Source: Chrysomallon squamiferum
Lineage: Eukaryota; Animalia; Mollusca
Assembly (NCBI GenBank): GCA_012295275.1
Contig: CM022672.1
Span: 9,734,001 to 9,798,000 of the forward strand
DNA length: 64,000 nucleotides
Reading direction: 5' to 3'
Made by a program: the position numbers and the translations under genes. How positions within the stretch are numbered: the stretch's first letter is position 1; the number at the start of each line of letters is the position of its first letter. Positions 1 to 15,000 of the stretch are shown one piece after another. Below the pieces are notes generated by a model, which was not told where the DNA came from, searched no databases, and was given only the letters and a program-made list of their open reading frames with translations.

Positions 1-3000
1 ACAGCCCTTATGTGAGATGTGTTCACCGATATATTTAGAGTTACAGCCCTTATGTGAGATGTTCACCGATATATTTAGAGTTACAGCCCTTATGTGAGAT
101 GTGTTCACCGATATAAATAGAGTTACAGCCCTTATGTGAGAGGTGTTCCGAAATATATTTACACCGGGATGTGTTCACCGATTAAATAGAGTTACAGCCC
201 TATACCGATATATTTAGAGTTACAGCCCTTATGTGAGATGTGTTCACCGATATAAATAGAGTTACAGCCCTTATGTGAGATGTGTTCACCGATATAAATA
301 GAGTTACAGCCCTTATGTGAGATGTGTTCACCGATATAAATAGAGTTACAGCCCTTATGTGAGATGTGTTCACCGATATCTTTTCAGCTATCCCCTTCTG
401 TGAGCAATTATTGCGCAGAAGCAGAACAAGAGATACATAATTAGAGCAGATTTGTACATGTGTAAAAGTGACTTTCTACTTCTTTTTCTTTACTATGCAA
501 AAGCATTTAAATGCCAGTTTTAATGACATAATGTAAAATACAATTAAATAGTTAATAGTTCATTTACTTACTCTGGTGGTTTTTGATTAACATGTGAAAG
601 TAGTCTTATTACTGAGGTTTATTTATTCATTAATTTTTGCACTTCCATATCCATATATTAACTACTTGACAAGTCTCCCTCACAAGTCTTCAGTCCTTCA
701 AATTTGGTTAAATAAAAAGTCATTAAATATTTTGTTTTGAACAGTCATGTTGCTTGAAAACTGCTGATATTTTTCGTCCTGTTTTCCTATCGTTTTAGTA
801 CCAGTTATTTATTTGTTTATGCTACCCCTTTCTCTGAGAGATGTTCACTGATATATTTAGAGTTACAGCCCTTATGTGAGAGGTGTTCACCGATATAAAT
901 AGAGTTACAGCCCTTATGTGAGATGTGTTCACCGATATATTTAGAGTTACAGCCCTTATGTGAGATGTGTTCACCGATATAAATTAGAGTTACAGCCCTT
1001 ATGTGAGATGTGTTCACCGATATAAATAGAGTTACAGCCCTTATGTGAGATGTGTTCACCGATATAAATAGAGTTACAGCCCTTATGTGAGATGTGTTCA
1101 CCGATATAAATAGAGTTACAGCCCTTATGTGAGATGAGTTCACCGATATCTTTTCAGCTATCCCCTTCTGTGAGCAATTATTGCGCAGAAGCAGAACAAG
1201 AGATACATAATTAGAGCAGATTTGTACATGTGTAAAAGTGACTTTCTACTTCTTTTTCTTTACTATGCAAAAGCATTTAAATGCCAGTTTTAATGACATA
1301 ATGTAAAATACAATTAAATAGTTAATAGTTCATTTACTTACTCTGGTGGTTTCTGATTAACATGTGAAAGTAGTCTTACTACTGAGGTTTATTTATTCAT
1401 TAATTTTTGCACTTCCATATCCGTATATTAACTACTTGACAAGTCTCCCTCACAAGTCTTCAGTCGCTTCAAATTTGGTTAAATAAAAAGTCATTAAATA
1501 TTTTGTTTTGAACAGTCATGTTGCTTGAAAACTGCTGATATTTTTCGTCCTGTTTTCCTATCGTTTTAGTACCAGTTATTTATTTGTTTATGCTATCCCC
1601 TTTCTCTGAGAGATGTTCACTGATATATTTAGAGTTACAGCCCTTATGTGAGAGGTGTTCACCGATATAAATAGAGTTACAGCCCTTATGTGAGAGGTGT
1701 TCACCGATATAAATAGAGTTACAGCCCTTATGTGAGAGTGTTCACCGATATAAATAGTTCACCCTTATGATGTTCATATAATAGTGAGATGTTTCACATA
1801 TAAATAGAGTTACAGCCCTTTTGTGAGAGGTGTTCCTTATATTTAGTTATGTGAGATGTGTTCACCGATATATTTAGAGTTACAGCCCTTATGTGAGATG
1901 TGTTCACCGATATAAATAGAGTTACAGCCCTTATGAGATGTGTTCACCGATATGTTCACCCTTATATATCTTTTCAGCTATCCCCTTCTGTGAGCAATTA
2001 TTGCGCAGAAGCAGAACAAGAGATACATAATTAGAGCAGATTTGTACATGTGTAAAAGTGACTTTCTACTTCTTTTTCTTTACTATGCAAAAGCATTTAA
2101 ATGCCAGTTTTAATGACATAATGTAAAATACAATTAAATAGTTAATAGTTCATTTACTTACTCTGGTGGTTTCTGATTAACATGTGAAAGTAGTCTTACT
2201 ACTGAGGTTTATTTATTCATTAATTTTTGCACTTCCATATCCGTATATTAACTACTTGACAAGTCTCCCTCACAAGTCTTCAGTCGCTTCAAATTTGGTT
2301 AAATAAAAAGTCATTAAATATTTTGTTTTGAACAGTCATGTTGCTTGAAAACTGCTGATATTTTTTTCGTCCTGTTTTCCTATCGTTTTAGTACCAGTTA
2401 TTTATTTGTTTATGCTACCCCTTTCTCTCTGATGTTCACTGATATATTTAGAGTTACAGCCCTTATGTGAGAGAGTTACAGCCCTTATGTGAGAGGTGTT
2501 CACCGATATATTTAGAGTTACAGCCCTTATGTGAGAGGTGTTCACCGATATATTTAGAGTTACAGCCCTTATGTGAGATGTGTTCACCGATATATTTAGA
2601 GTTACAGCCCTTATGTGAGATGTGTTCACCGATATATTTAGATGTGTTGTGTTCACCGATATAAATAGAGTTACAGCCCTTATGTGAGAGGTGTTCACCG
2701 ATATATTTAGAGTTACAGCCCTTATGTGAGATGTGTTCACCGATATAAATAGAGTTACAGCCCTTATGTGAGAGGTGTTCACCGATATATTTAGAGTTAC
2801 AGCCCTTATGTGAGATGTGTTCACCGATATAAATAGAGTTACAGCCCTTACACCCTTATATTTAGTGATGTGAGATGTGTTCACCGATATAAATAGAGTT
2901 ACATGATTTTGTGAGAGGTGTTCACCGATATATTTAGAGTTACAGCCCTTATGTGAGATGTGTTCACCGATATAAATAGAGTTACAGCCCTTATGTGAGA

Positions 3001-6000
3001 GGTGTTCACCGATATATTTAGAGTTACAGCCCTTATGTGAGATGTGTTCACCGATATAAATAGAGTTACAGCCCTTATGTGAGATGTGTTCACCGATATC
3101 TTTTCAGCTATCCCCTTCTGTGAGCAATTATTGCGCAGAAGCAAACAAGACATATCATAATTAGAGCAGATTTGTACATGAGATACATAATTAGAGCAGA
3201 TTTGTACATGTGTAAAAGTGACTTTCTACTTCTTTTTCTTTACTATGCAAAAGCATTTAAATGCCAGTTTTAATGACATAATGTAAAATACAATTAAATA
3301 GTTAATAGTTCATTTACTTACTCTGGTGGTTTTTGATTAACCTGTGAAAGTAGTCTTATTACTGAGGTTTATTTATTCATTAATTTTTACACTTCAATAT
3401 CCATATATTAACTACTTGACAAGTCTCCCTCACAAGTCTTCAGTCGCTTCAAATTTGGTTAAATAAAAAGTCATTAAATATTTTGTTTTGAACAGTCATG
3501 TTGCTTGAAAACTGCTGATGATATTTTTCGTCCTGTTTTCCTATCGTTTTAGTACCAGTTATTTATTTGTTTATGCTACCCCCTTTCTCTGAGAGATGTT
3601 CACTGATATATTTAGAGTTACAGCCCTTATGTGAGAGGTGTTCACCGATATAAATAGAGTTACAGCCCTTATGTGAGAGGTGTTCACCGATATATTTAGA
3701 GTTACAGCCCTTATGTGAGATGTGTTCACCGATATAAATAGAGTTACAGCCCTTATGTGAGATGTGTTCACCGATATATTTAGAGTTACAGCCCTTATGT
3801 GAGATGTGTTCACCGATATAAATAGAGTTACAGCCCTTATGTGAGATGTGTTCACCGATATAAATAGAGTTACAGCCCTTATGTGAGATGAGTTCACCGA
3901 TATCTTTTCAGCTATCCCCTTCTGTGAGCAATTATTGCGCAGAAGCAGAACAAGAGATACATAATTAGAGCAGATTTGTACATGTGTAAAAGTGACTTTC
4001 TACTTCTTTTTCTTTACTATGTAAAAGCATTTAAATGCCAGTTTTAATGACATAATGTAAAATACAATTAAATAGTTAATAGTTCATTTACTTACTCTGG
4101 TGGTTTCTGATTAACATGTGAAAGTAGTCTTACTACTGAGGTTTATTTATTCATTAATTTTTGCACTTCCATATCCGTATATTAACTACTTGACAAGTCT
4201 CCCTCACAAGTCTTCAGTCGCTTCAAATTTGGTTAAATAAAAAGTCATTAAATATTTTGTTTTGAACAGTCATGTTGCTTGAAAACTGCTGATATTTTTC
4301 GTCCTGTTTTCCTATCGTTTTAGTACCAGTTATTTATTTGTTTATCCTACCCCCTTTCTCTGAGAGATGTTCACTGATATATTTAGAGTTACAGCCCTTA
4401 TGTGAGAGGTGTTCACCGATATAAATAGAGTTACATCCCTTATGTGAGAGGTGTTCACCGATATATTTAGAGTTACAGCCCTTATGTGAGATGTGTGAGA
4501 TGTGTTCACCGATATAAATAGAGTTACAGCCCTTATGTGAGATGTGTTCACCGATATATTTAGAGTTACAGCCCTTATGTGAGATGTGTTCACCGATATA
4601 AATAGAGTTACAGCCCTTATGTGAGACGTGTTCACCGATATATTTAGAGTTACAGCCCTTATGTGAGATGTGTTCACCGATATAAATAGAGTTACAGCCC
4701 TTAAATGAGATGAGTTCACCGATATCTTTTCAGCTATCCCCTTCTGTGAGCAATTATTGCGCAGAAGCAGAACAAGAGATACATAATTAGAGCAGATTTG
4801 TACATGTGTAAAAGTGACTTTCTACTTCTTTTTCTTTACTATGTAAAAGCATTTAAATGCCAGTTTTAATGACATAATGTAAAATACAATTAAATAGTTA
4901 ATAGTTCATTTACTTACTCTGGTGGTTTCTGATTAACATGTGAAAGTAGTCTTACTACTGAGGTTTATTTATTCATTAATTTTTGCACTTCCATATCCGT
5001 ATATTAACTACTTGACAAGTCTCCCTCACAAGTCTTCAGTCGCTTCAAATTTGGTTAAATAAAAAGTCATTAAATATTTTGTTTTGAACAGTCATGTTGC
5101 TTGAAAACTGCTGATATAATTCGTCCTGTTTTCCTTTCGTATTAGTACCATTATTTATTTGTTTATGCTACCCCCTTTCTCTGAGAGATGTTCACTGATA
5201 TATTTAGAGTTACAGCCCTTATGTGAGAGGTGTTCACCGATATAAATAGAGTTACAGCCCTTATGTGAGATGTGTTCACCGATATAAATAGAGTTACAGC
5301 CCTTATGTGAGAGGTGTTCACCGATATATTTAGAGTTACAGCCCTTATGTGAGATGTGTTCACCGATATAAATAGAGTTACAGCCCTTATGTGAGATGTG
5401 TTCACCGATATCTTTTCAGCTATCCCCTTCTGTGAGCAATTATTGCGCAGAAGTAGAACAAGACATACATAATTAGAGCAGATTTGTACATGTGTAAAAA
5501 TGACTTTCTCCTTCTTTTTGTTTACTATGCAGAAGGATTTAAATGCCAGTTTTAATGAGATAATGTAAAATACAATTAAATAGTTAATAGTTCATTTACT
5601 TACTCTGGTGGTTTTTGTTAACCTGTGAAAGTAGTCTTATTACTGAGGTTTATTTATTCGTTAATTTTTACACTTCAATATCCATATATTAAATACTTGA
5701 CAAGTCTCCCTCACAAGTCTTCAGTCCCTTCAAATTTGGTTAAATAAAAAGTCATTAAATATTTTGGTTTGAACAGTCATGTTGCTTGAAAACTGCTGAT
5801 ATTTTTCGTCCTGTTTTCCTATCGTTTTAGTACCAGTTATTTACTTGTTTATGTAACCCCCTTTCTCTGAGAGATGTTCACTGATATATTTAGAGTTACA
5901 GCCCTTATGTGAGATGTGTTCACCGATATAAATAGAGTTACAGCCCTTATGTGAGAGGTGTTCACCGATATATTTAGAGTTACAGCCCTTATGTGAGATG

Positions 6001-9000
6001 TGTTCACCGATATAAATAGAGTTACAGCCCTTATGTGAGATGTGTTCACCGATATCTTTTCAGCTATCCCCTTCTGTGAGCAATTATTGCGCAGAAGCAC
6101 AACAAGAGATACATAATTAGAGCAGATTTGTACATGTGTAAAAGTGACTTTCTACTTCTTTTTCTTTACTATGTAAAAGCATTTAAATGCCAGTTTTAAT
6201 GACATAATGTAAAATACAATTAAATAGTTAATAGTTCATTTACTTACTCTGGTGGTTTCTGATTAACATGTGAAAGTAGTCTTACTACTGAGGTTTATTT
6301 ATTCATTAATTTTTGCACTTCCATATCCGTATATTAACTACTTGACAAGTCTCCCTCACAAGTCTTCAGTCGCTTCAAATTTGGTTAAATAAAAAGTCAT
6401 TAAATATTTTGTTTTGAACAGTCATGTTGCTTCAAAACTGCTGAGATAATTCGTCCTGTTTTCCTTTCGTATTAGTACCATTATTTATTTGTTTATGCTA
6501 CCCCCTTTTTCTGAGAGATGTTCACTGATATATTTAGAGTTACAGCCCTTATGTGAGAGGTGTTCACCGATATAAATAGAGTTACAGCCCTTATGTGAGA
6601 TGTGTTCACCGATATAAATAGAGTTACAGCCCTTATGTGAGATGTGTTCACCGATATATTTAGAGTTACAGCCCTTATGTGAGATGTGTTCACCGATATA
6701 AATAGAGTTACAGCCCTTATGTGAGACGTGTTCACCGATATATTTAGAGTTACAGCCCTTATGTGAGATGTGTTCACCAATATAAATAGAGTTACAGCCC
6801 TTATGTGAGATGAGTTCACCGATATCTTTTCAGCTATCCCCTTCTGTGAGCAATTATTGCGCAGAAGCAGAACAACAGATACATAATTAGAGCAGATTTG
6901 TACATGTGTAAAAGTGACTTTCTACTTCTTTTTCTTTACTATGTAAAAGCATTTAAATGCCAGTTTTAATGACATAATGTAAAATACAATTAAATAGTTA
7001 ATAGTTCATTTACTTACTCTGGTGGTTTCTGATTAACATGTGAAAGTAGTCTTACTACTGAGGTTTATTTATTCATTAATTTTTGCACTTCCATATCCGT
7101 ATATTAACTACTTGACAAGTCTCCCTCACAAGTCTTCAGTCGCTTCAAATTTGGTTAAATAAAAAGTCATTAAATATTTTGTTTTGAACAGTCATGTTGC
7201 TTGAAAACTGCTGATATAATTCGTCCTGTTTTCCTTTCGTGTTAGTACCATTATTTATTTGTTTATGCTACCCCCTTTCTCTGAGAGATGTTCACTGATA
7301 TATTTAGAGTTACAGCCCTTATGTGAGAGGGTGTTCACCGATATAAATAGAGTTACAGCCCTTATGTGAGATGTGTTCACCGATATAAATAGAGTTACAG
7401 CCCTTATGTGAGAGGTGTTCACCGATATATTTAGAGTTACAGCCCTTATGTGAGATGTGTTCACCGATATAAATAGAGTTACAGCCCTTATGTGAGATGT
7501 GTTCACCGATATCTTTTCAGCTATCCCCTTCTGTGAGCAATTATTGCGCAGAAGTAGAACAAGACATACATAATTAGAGCAGATTTGTACATGTGTAAAA
7601 ATGACTTTCTCCTTCTTTTTGTTTACTATGCAGAAGGATTTAAATGCCAGTTTTAATGAGATAATGTAAAATACAATTAAATAGTTAATAGTTCATTTAC
7701 TTACTCTGGTGGTTTTTGTTAACCTGTGAAAGTAGTCTTATTACTGAGGTTTATTTATTCGTTAATTTTTACACTTCAATATCCATATATTAAATACTTG
7801 ACAAGTCTCCCTCACAAGTCTTCAGTCCCTTCAAATTTGGTTAAATAAAAAGTCATTAAATATTTTGGTTTGAACAGTCATGTTGCTTGAAAACTGCTGA
7901 TATTTTTCGTCGTGTTTTCCTATCGTTTTAGTACCAGTTATTTACTTGTTTATGTAACCCCCTTTCTCTGAGAGATGTTCACTGATATATTTAGAGTTAC
8001 AGCCCTTATGTGAGAGGTGTTCACCGATATAAATAGAGTTACAGCCCTTATGTGAGATGTGTTCACCGATATAAATAGAGTTACAGCCCTTATGTGAGAG
8101 GTGTTCACCGATATATTTAGAGTTACAGCCCTTATGTGAGATGTGTTCCCCGATTTACACAGAGTTACAGCCCTCATGTGAGAGGTGTTCATCGATATAT
8201 TTAGAGTTACAGCCCTTATGTGAGATGTGTTCACCGATATAAATAGAGTTACAGCCCTTATGTGAGAGGTGTTCACCGATATATTTAGAGTTACAGCCCT
8301 TATGTGAGATGTGTTCACCGATATAAATAGAGTTACAGCCCTTATGTGAGATGTGTTCACCGATATCTTTTCAGCTATCCCCTTCTGTGAGCAATTATTG
8401 CGCAGAAGCACAACAAGAGATACATAATTAGAGCAGATTTGTACACGTGTAAAAGTGACTTTCTACTTCTTTTTCTTTACTATGTAAAAGCATTTAAATG
8501 CCAGTTTTAATGACATAATGTAAAATACAATTAAATAGTTAATAGTTCATTTACTTACTCTGGTGGTTTCTGATTAACATGTGAAAGTAGTCTTACTACT
8601 GAGGTTTATTTATTCATTAATTTTTGCACTTCCATATCCGTATATTAACTACTTGACAAGTCTCCCTCACAAGTCTTCAGTCGCTTCAAATTTGGTTAAA
8701 TAAAAAGTCATTAAATATTTTGTTTTGAACAGTCATGTTGCTTGAAAACTGCTGATATTTTTCGTCCTGTTTTCCTATCGTTTTAGTACCAGTTATTTAT
8801 TTGTTTATGCTACCCCTTTTTCTGAGAGATGTTCACTTTATTTAGAGTTACAGCCCTTATGTGAGATGTTCACTGATATATTTAGAGTTACAGCCCTTAT
8901 GTGAGATGTGTTCACCGATATAAATAGAGTTACAGCCCTTATGTGAGAGGTGTTCACCGATATATTTAGAGTTACAGCCCTTATGTGAGATGTGTTCACC

Positions 9001-12000
9001 GATATAAATAGAGTTACAGCCCTTATGTGAGACGTGTTCACCGATATATTTTATTACAGTTCAGATGTGTTCACCAATATAAATTTCAGCTATCCCCCTC
9101 TGTGAGATGAGTTCAATATCTTTTCAGCTATCCCCTTCTGTGAGCAGAATTGCGCAGAAGCACAACAAGAGATACATAATTAGAGCAGATTTGTACATGT
9201 GTAAAAGTGACTTTCTACTTCTTTTTTTTTTTACTATGTAAAAGCATTTAAATGCCAGTTTTAATGACATAATGTAAAATACAATTAAATAGTTAATAGT
9301 TCATTTACTTACTCTGGTGGTTTCTGATTAACATGTGAAAGTAGTCTTACTACTGAGGTTTATTTATTCATTAATTTTTGCACTTCCATATCCGTATATT
9401 AACTACTTGACAAGTCTCCCTCACAAGTCTTCAGTCGCTTCAAATTTGGTTAAATAAAAGTCATTAAATATTTTGTTTTGAACAGTCATGTTGCTTCAAA
9501 ACTGCTGAGATAATTCGTCCTGTTTTCCTTTCGTATTTAGTACCATTATTTATTTGTTTATGCTACCCCCTTTTTCTGAGAGATGTTCACTGATATATTT
9601 AGAGTTACAGCCCTTATGTGAGAGGTGTTCACCGATATAAATAGAGTTACAGCCCTTATGTGAGATGTGTTCACCGATATAAATAGAGTTACAGCCCTTA
9701 TGTGAGAGGTAGTTCACCGTTCACCGATATATTTAGAGTTACAGCCCTTATGTGAGATGTGTTCACCGATATAAATAGAGTTACAGCCCTTATGTGAGAC
9801 GTGTTCACCGATATATTTAGAGTTACAGCCCTTATGTGAGATGTGTTCACCAATATAAATAGAGTTACAGCCCTTATGTGAGATGAGTTCACCGATATCT
9901 TTTCAGCTATCCCCTTCTGTGAGCAATTATTGCGCAGAAGCAGAACAACAGATACATAATTAGAGCAGATTTGTACATGTGTAAAAGTGACTTTCTACTT
10001 CTTTTTTTTTTACTATGTAAAAGCATTTAAATGCCAGTTTTAATGACATAATGTAAAATACAATTAAATAGTTAATAGTTCATTTACTTACTCTGGTGGT
10101 TTCTGATTAACATGTGAAAGTAGTCTTACTACTGAGGTTTATTTATTCATTAATTTTTGCACTTCCATATCCGTATATTAACTACTTGACAAGTCTCCCT
10201 CACAAGTCTTCAGTCGCTTCAAATTTGGTTAAATAAAAAGTCATTAAATATTTTGTTTTGAACAGTCATGTTGCTTGAAAACTGCTGATATAATTCGTCC
10301 TGTTTTCCTTTCGTGTTAGTACCATTATTTATTTGTTTATGCTACCCCCTTTCTCTGAGAGATGTTCACTGATATATTTAGAGTTACAGCCCTTATGTGA
10401 GAGGTGTTCACCGATATAAATAGAGTTACAGCCCTTATGTGAGATGTGTTCACCGATATAAATAGAGTTACAGCCCTTATGTGAGAGGTGTTCACCGATA
10501 TATTTAGAGTTACAGCCCTTATGTGAGATGTGTTCACCGATATAAATAGAGTTACAGCCCTTATGTGAGATGTGTTCACCGATATCTTTTCAGCTATCCC
10601 CTTCTGTGAGCAATTATTGCGCAGAAGTAGAACAAGACATACATAATTAGAGCAGATTTGTACATGTGTAAAAATGACTTTCTCCTTCTTTTTGTTTACT
10701 ATGCAGAAGGATTTAAATGCCAGTTTTAATGAGATAATGTAAAATACAATTAAATAGTTAATAGTTCATTTACTTACTCTGGTGGTTTTTGTTAACCTGT
10801 GAAAGTAGTCTTATTACTGAGGTTTATTTATTCGTTAATTTTTACACTTCAATATCCATATATTAAATACTTGACAAGTCTCCCTCACAAGTCTTCAGTC
10901 CCTTCAAATTTGGTTAAATAAAAAGTCATTAAATATTTTGGTTTGAACAGTCATGTTGCTTGAAAACTGCTGATATTTTTCGTCCTGTTTTCCTATCGTT
11001 TTAGTACCAGTTATTTACTTGTTTATGTAACCCCCTTTCTCTGAGAGATGTTCACTGATATATTTAGAGTTACAGCCCTTATGTGAGATGTGTTCACCGA
11101 TATAAATAGAGTTACAGCCCTTATGTGAGAGGTGTTCACCGATATATTTAGAGTTACAGCCCTTATGTGAGATGTGTTCACCGATATAAATAGAGTTACA
11201 GCCCTTATGTGAGATGTGTTCACCGATATCTTTTCAGCTATCCCCTTCTGTGAGCAATTATTGCGCAGAAGCACAACAAGAGATACATAATTAGAGCAGA
11301 TTTGTACATGTGTAAAAGTGACTTTCTACTTCTTTTTCTTTACTATGTAAAAGCATTTAAATGCCAGTTTTAATGACATAATGTAAAATACAATTAAATA
11401 GTTAATAGTTCATTTACTTACTCTGGTGGTTTCTGATTAACATGTGAAAGTAGTCTTACTACTGAGGTTTATTTATTCATTAATTTTTGCACTTCCATAT
11501 CCGTATATTAACTACTTGACAAGTCTCCCTCACAAGTCTTCAGTCGCTTCAAATTTGGTTAAATAAAAAGTCATTAAATATTTTGTTTTGAACAGTCATG
11601 TTGCTTGAAAACTGCTGATATAATTCGTCCTGTTTTCCTTTCGTATTAGTACCATTATTTATTTGTTTATGCTACCCCCTTTCTCTGAGAGATGTTCACT
11701 GATATATTTAGAGTTACAGCCCTTATGTGAGAGGTGTTCACCGATATAAATAGAGTTACAGCCCTTATGTGAGATGTGTTCACCGATATAAATAGAGTTA
11801 CAGCCCTTATGTGAGAGGTGTTCACCGATATATTTAGAGTTACAGCCCTTATGTGAGATGTGTTCACCGATATAAATAGAGTTACAGCCCTTATGTGAGA
11901 CGTGTTCACCGATATATTTAGAGTTACAGCCCTTATGTGAGATGTGTTCACCAATATAAATAGAGTTACAGCCCTTATGTGAGATGAGTTCACCGATATC

Positions 12001-15000
12001 TTTTCAGCTATCCCCTTCTGTGAGCAATTATTGTGCAGAAGCAGAACAAGAGATACATAATTAGAGCAGATTTGTACATGTGTAAAAGTGACTTTCTACT
12101 TCTTTTTCTTTACTATGCAAAAGCATTTAAATGCCAGTTTTAATGACATAATGTAAAATACAATTAAATAGTTAATAGTTCATTTACTTACTCTGGTGGT
12201 TTCTGATTAACATGTGAAAGTAATCTTACTACTGAGGTTTATTTATTCATTAATTTTTGCACTTCCATATCCATATATTAACTACTTGACAAGTCTCCCT
12301 CACAAGTCTTCAGTCGCTTCAAATTTGGTTAAATAAAAAGTCATTAAATATTTTGTTTTGAACAGTCATGTTGCTTGAAAACTGCTGATATAATTCGTCC
12401 TGTTTTCCTTTCCTATTAGTACCATTATTTATTTGTTTATGCTACCCCCTTTCTCTGAGAGATGTTCACTGATATATTTAGAGTTACAGCCCTTATGTGA
12501 GAGGTGTTCACCGATATAAATAGAGTTACAGCCCTTATGTGAGATGTGTTCACCGATATAAATAGAGTTACAGCCCTTATGTGAGAGGTGTTCACCAATA
12601 TATTTAGAGTTACAGCCCTTATGTGAGATGTGTTCACCGATATAAATAGAGTTACAGCCCTTATGTGAGAGGTGTTCACCGATATATTTAGAGTTACAGC
12701 CCTTATGTGAGAGGTGTTCACCGATATATTTAGAGTTACAGCCCTTATGTGAGATGTGTTCACCGATATATTTAGAGTTACAGCCCTTATGTGAGATGTG
12801 TTCACCGATTTAAACAGAGTTACAGCCCTGATGTGAGAGGTGTTCATCGATATATTTAGAGTTACAGCCCTTATGTGAGATGTGTTCACCGATATAAATA
12901 GAGTTACAGCCCTTTTGTTAGAGGTGTTCACCGATAGATTTTGAGCTACCGCCCTTGTGTGTGCAATTATTGCGCAGAAACAACACAAGACATACATAAT
13001 TAGAGCAGATTTTACATGTGTAAAAGTGACTTTCTTCTTCTTTTTGTTTACTATGCAAAAGCATTTAAATGCCAATTTTAATGACATAATCTAAAATACA
13101 ATTAAATAGTTAATAGGTAATTTACTTACTCTGGTGGTTTCTGATTAACATGTGAAAGTAGTCTTATTACTGAGTTTATTTTTTCATTAATACTTCCACT
13201 TCCATATCCATATATTAACTACCTGACAAGTCTCCCTCACAGGTCTTCAGTCTCTTCAAATTTCGTTGAATAAAAAGTCCTTAAATATTTTGTTTTGAAT
13301 AGTCATGTTGCTTGAAAACTGCTGATGTTTTTAGTCCTGTTTTCCTTTCTTATTTGTACCATTATTTATTTGTTCATGCTAACGCCTTTCTCTGAGAGAT
13401 TTTCTCTGATATATTTAGAGTTATTTTGAGATGTTACATATGCCCTTATGTGAGATGTGTTCACCGATATAAATAGTGTTCATGATATATATATTTAGAG
13501 TTACAGCCCTTATGTGAGAGGTGTTCACCGATATAAATAGAGTTACAGCCCTTTGTGAGAGGTGTTCCCCGATACATTTTGAGCTACCTCCCTTGTGTGA
13601 GCAATTATTGCGCAGAAACAACACAAGACATTCATAATTAGAGCAGATTTGTACATGTGTAAAAGTGACTTCCTACTTATTCTTGTTTAGTACGCAAAAC
13701 CATTTAAATGCGAGTTTTAATGACATAATGTAAAATACAATTAAATAGTTAATAGTTAATTTACTTACTCTGGTTGTTTCTGATTAACATGTGAAAGTAG
13801 TCCTATTACTGAGTTTATTTTTTCATTAATACTTCCACTTCCATATCCATATATTAACTACCTGACAAGTCTCCCTCACAAGTCTTCAGTCTCTTCAAAT
13901 TTCGTTGAATAAAAAGTCCTTAAATATTTTGTTTAGAACAGTCATGTTGCTTGAAAACTGCTGATATTTTTCGTCCTGTTTTCCTTTCGTATTAGTACCA
14001 TTATTTATTTGTTTATGCTGCCCCCTTTCTCTGAGAGATGTTCACTGATATATTTAGAGTTACAGCCCTTATGTGAGAGGTTTTCACCGATATAAATAGA
14101 GTTACAGCCCTTATGTGAGAGGTGTTCACCGATATATTTAGAGTTACAGCCCTTATGTGAGATGTGTTCACCGATATAAATAGAGTTACAGCCCTTATGT
14201 GAGAGGTGTTCACCGATATATTTAGAGTTACAGCCCTTATGTGAGATGTGTTCATCGATATATTTAGAGTTATATCCCTTATAAATTTAGAGTTACAGCC
14301 CTTTTGTGAGAGGTGTTCACCGATATATTTAGAGTTACAGCCCTTATGTGAGATGTGTTCACCGATATAAATAGAGTTACAGCCCTTATGTGAGATGTGT
14401 TCACCGATATAAATAGAGTTACAGCCCTTATGTGAGAGGTGTTCACCGATATATTTAGAGTTACAGCCCTTATGTGAGAGGTGTTCACCGATATAAATAG
14501 AGTTACAGCCCTTATGTGAGAGGTGTTCACCGATATATTTTGAGTTACCGCCCTTGTGTGTGCAGTTATTGCGCAGAAACAACACAAGACATACATAATT
14601 AGAGCAATTTTCTACATGTGTAAAAGTGACTTTCTACTTCTTTTTCTTTACTATGCAGAAGCATTTAAATGCCAGTTTTAGTGACATAATGTAAAATACA
14701 ATTAAATAGTTAATAGTTCATTTACTTACTCTGGTGGTTTCTGATTAAGATGTGAAAGTAGTCTTATTACTGGTTTATTTTTTCATTAATTTTTGCACTT
14801 CCATATCCATATATTAACTACCTGACAAGTCTCCCTTACAAGTCTTCATTCACTTCAAACTTAGTTTGATAAAAAGGTCTTAAATATTTTGTTTTCAATA
14901 GTCATGTTGCTTAAAAACTGCTCATGTTTTTAGTCCTGTTTTCCTTTCGTATTAGTACCATTATTTATTTGTTTATGCTACCGCCTTTCTCTGAGAGATT

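Noticed and set aside
1735-1970. Scrambled repeat units (also ~140-210, ~2840-2910, ~9050-9150, ~51490-52150)
   Set aside because: Shuffled fragments inside tandem arrays are most simply consensus or polishing errors; not interpretable without reads.
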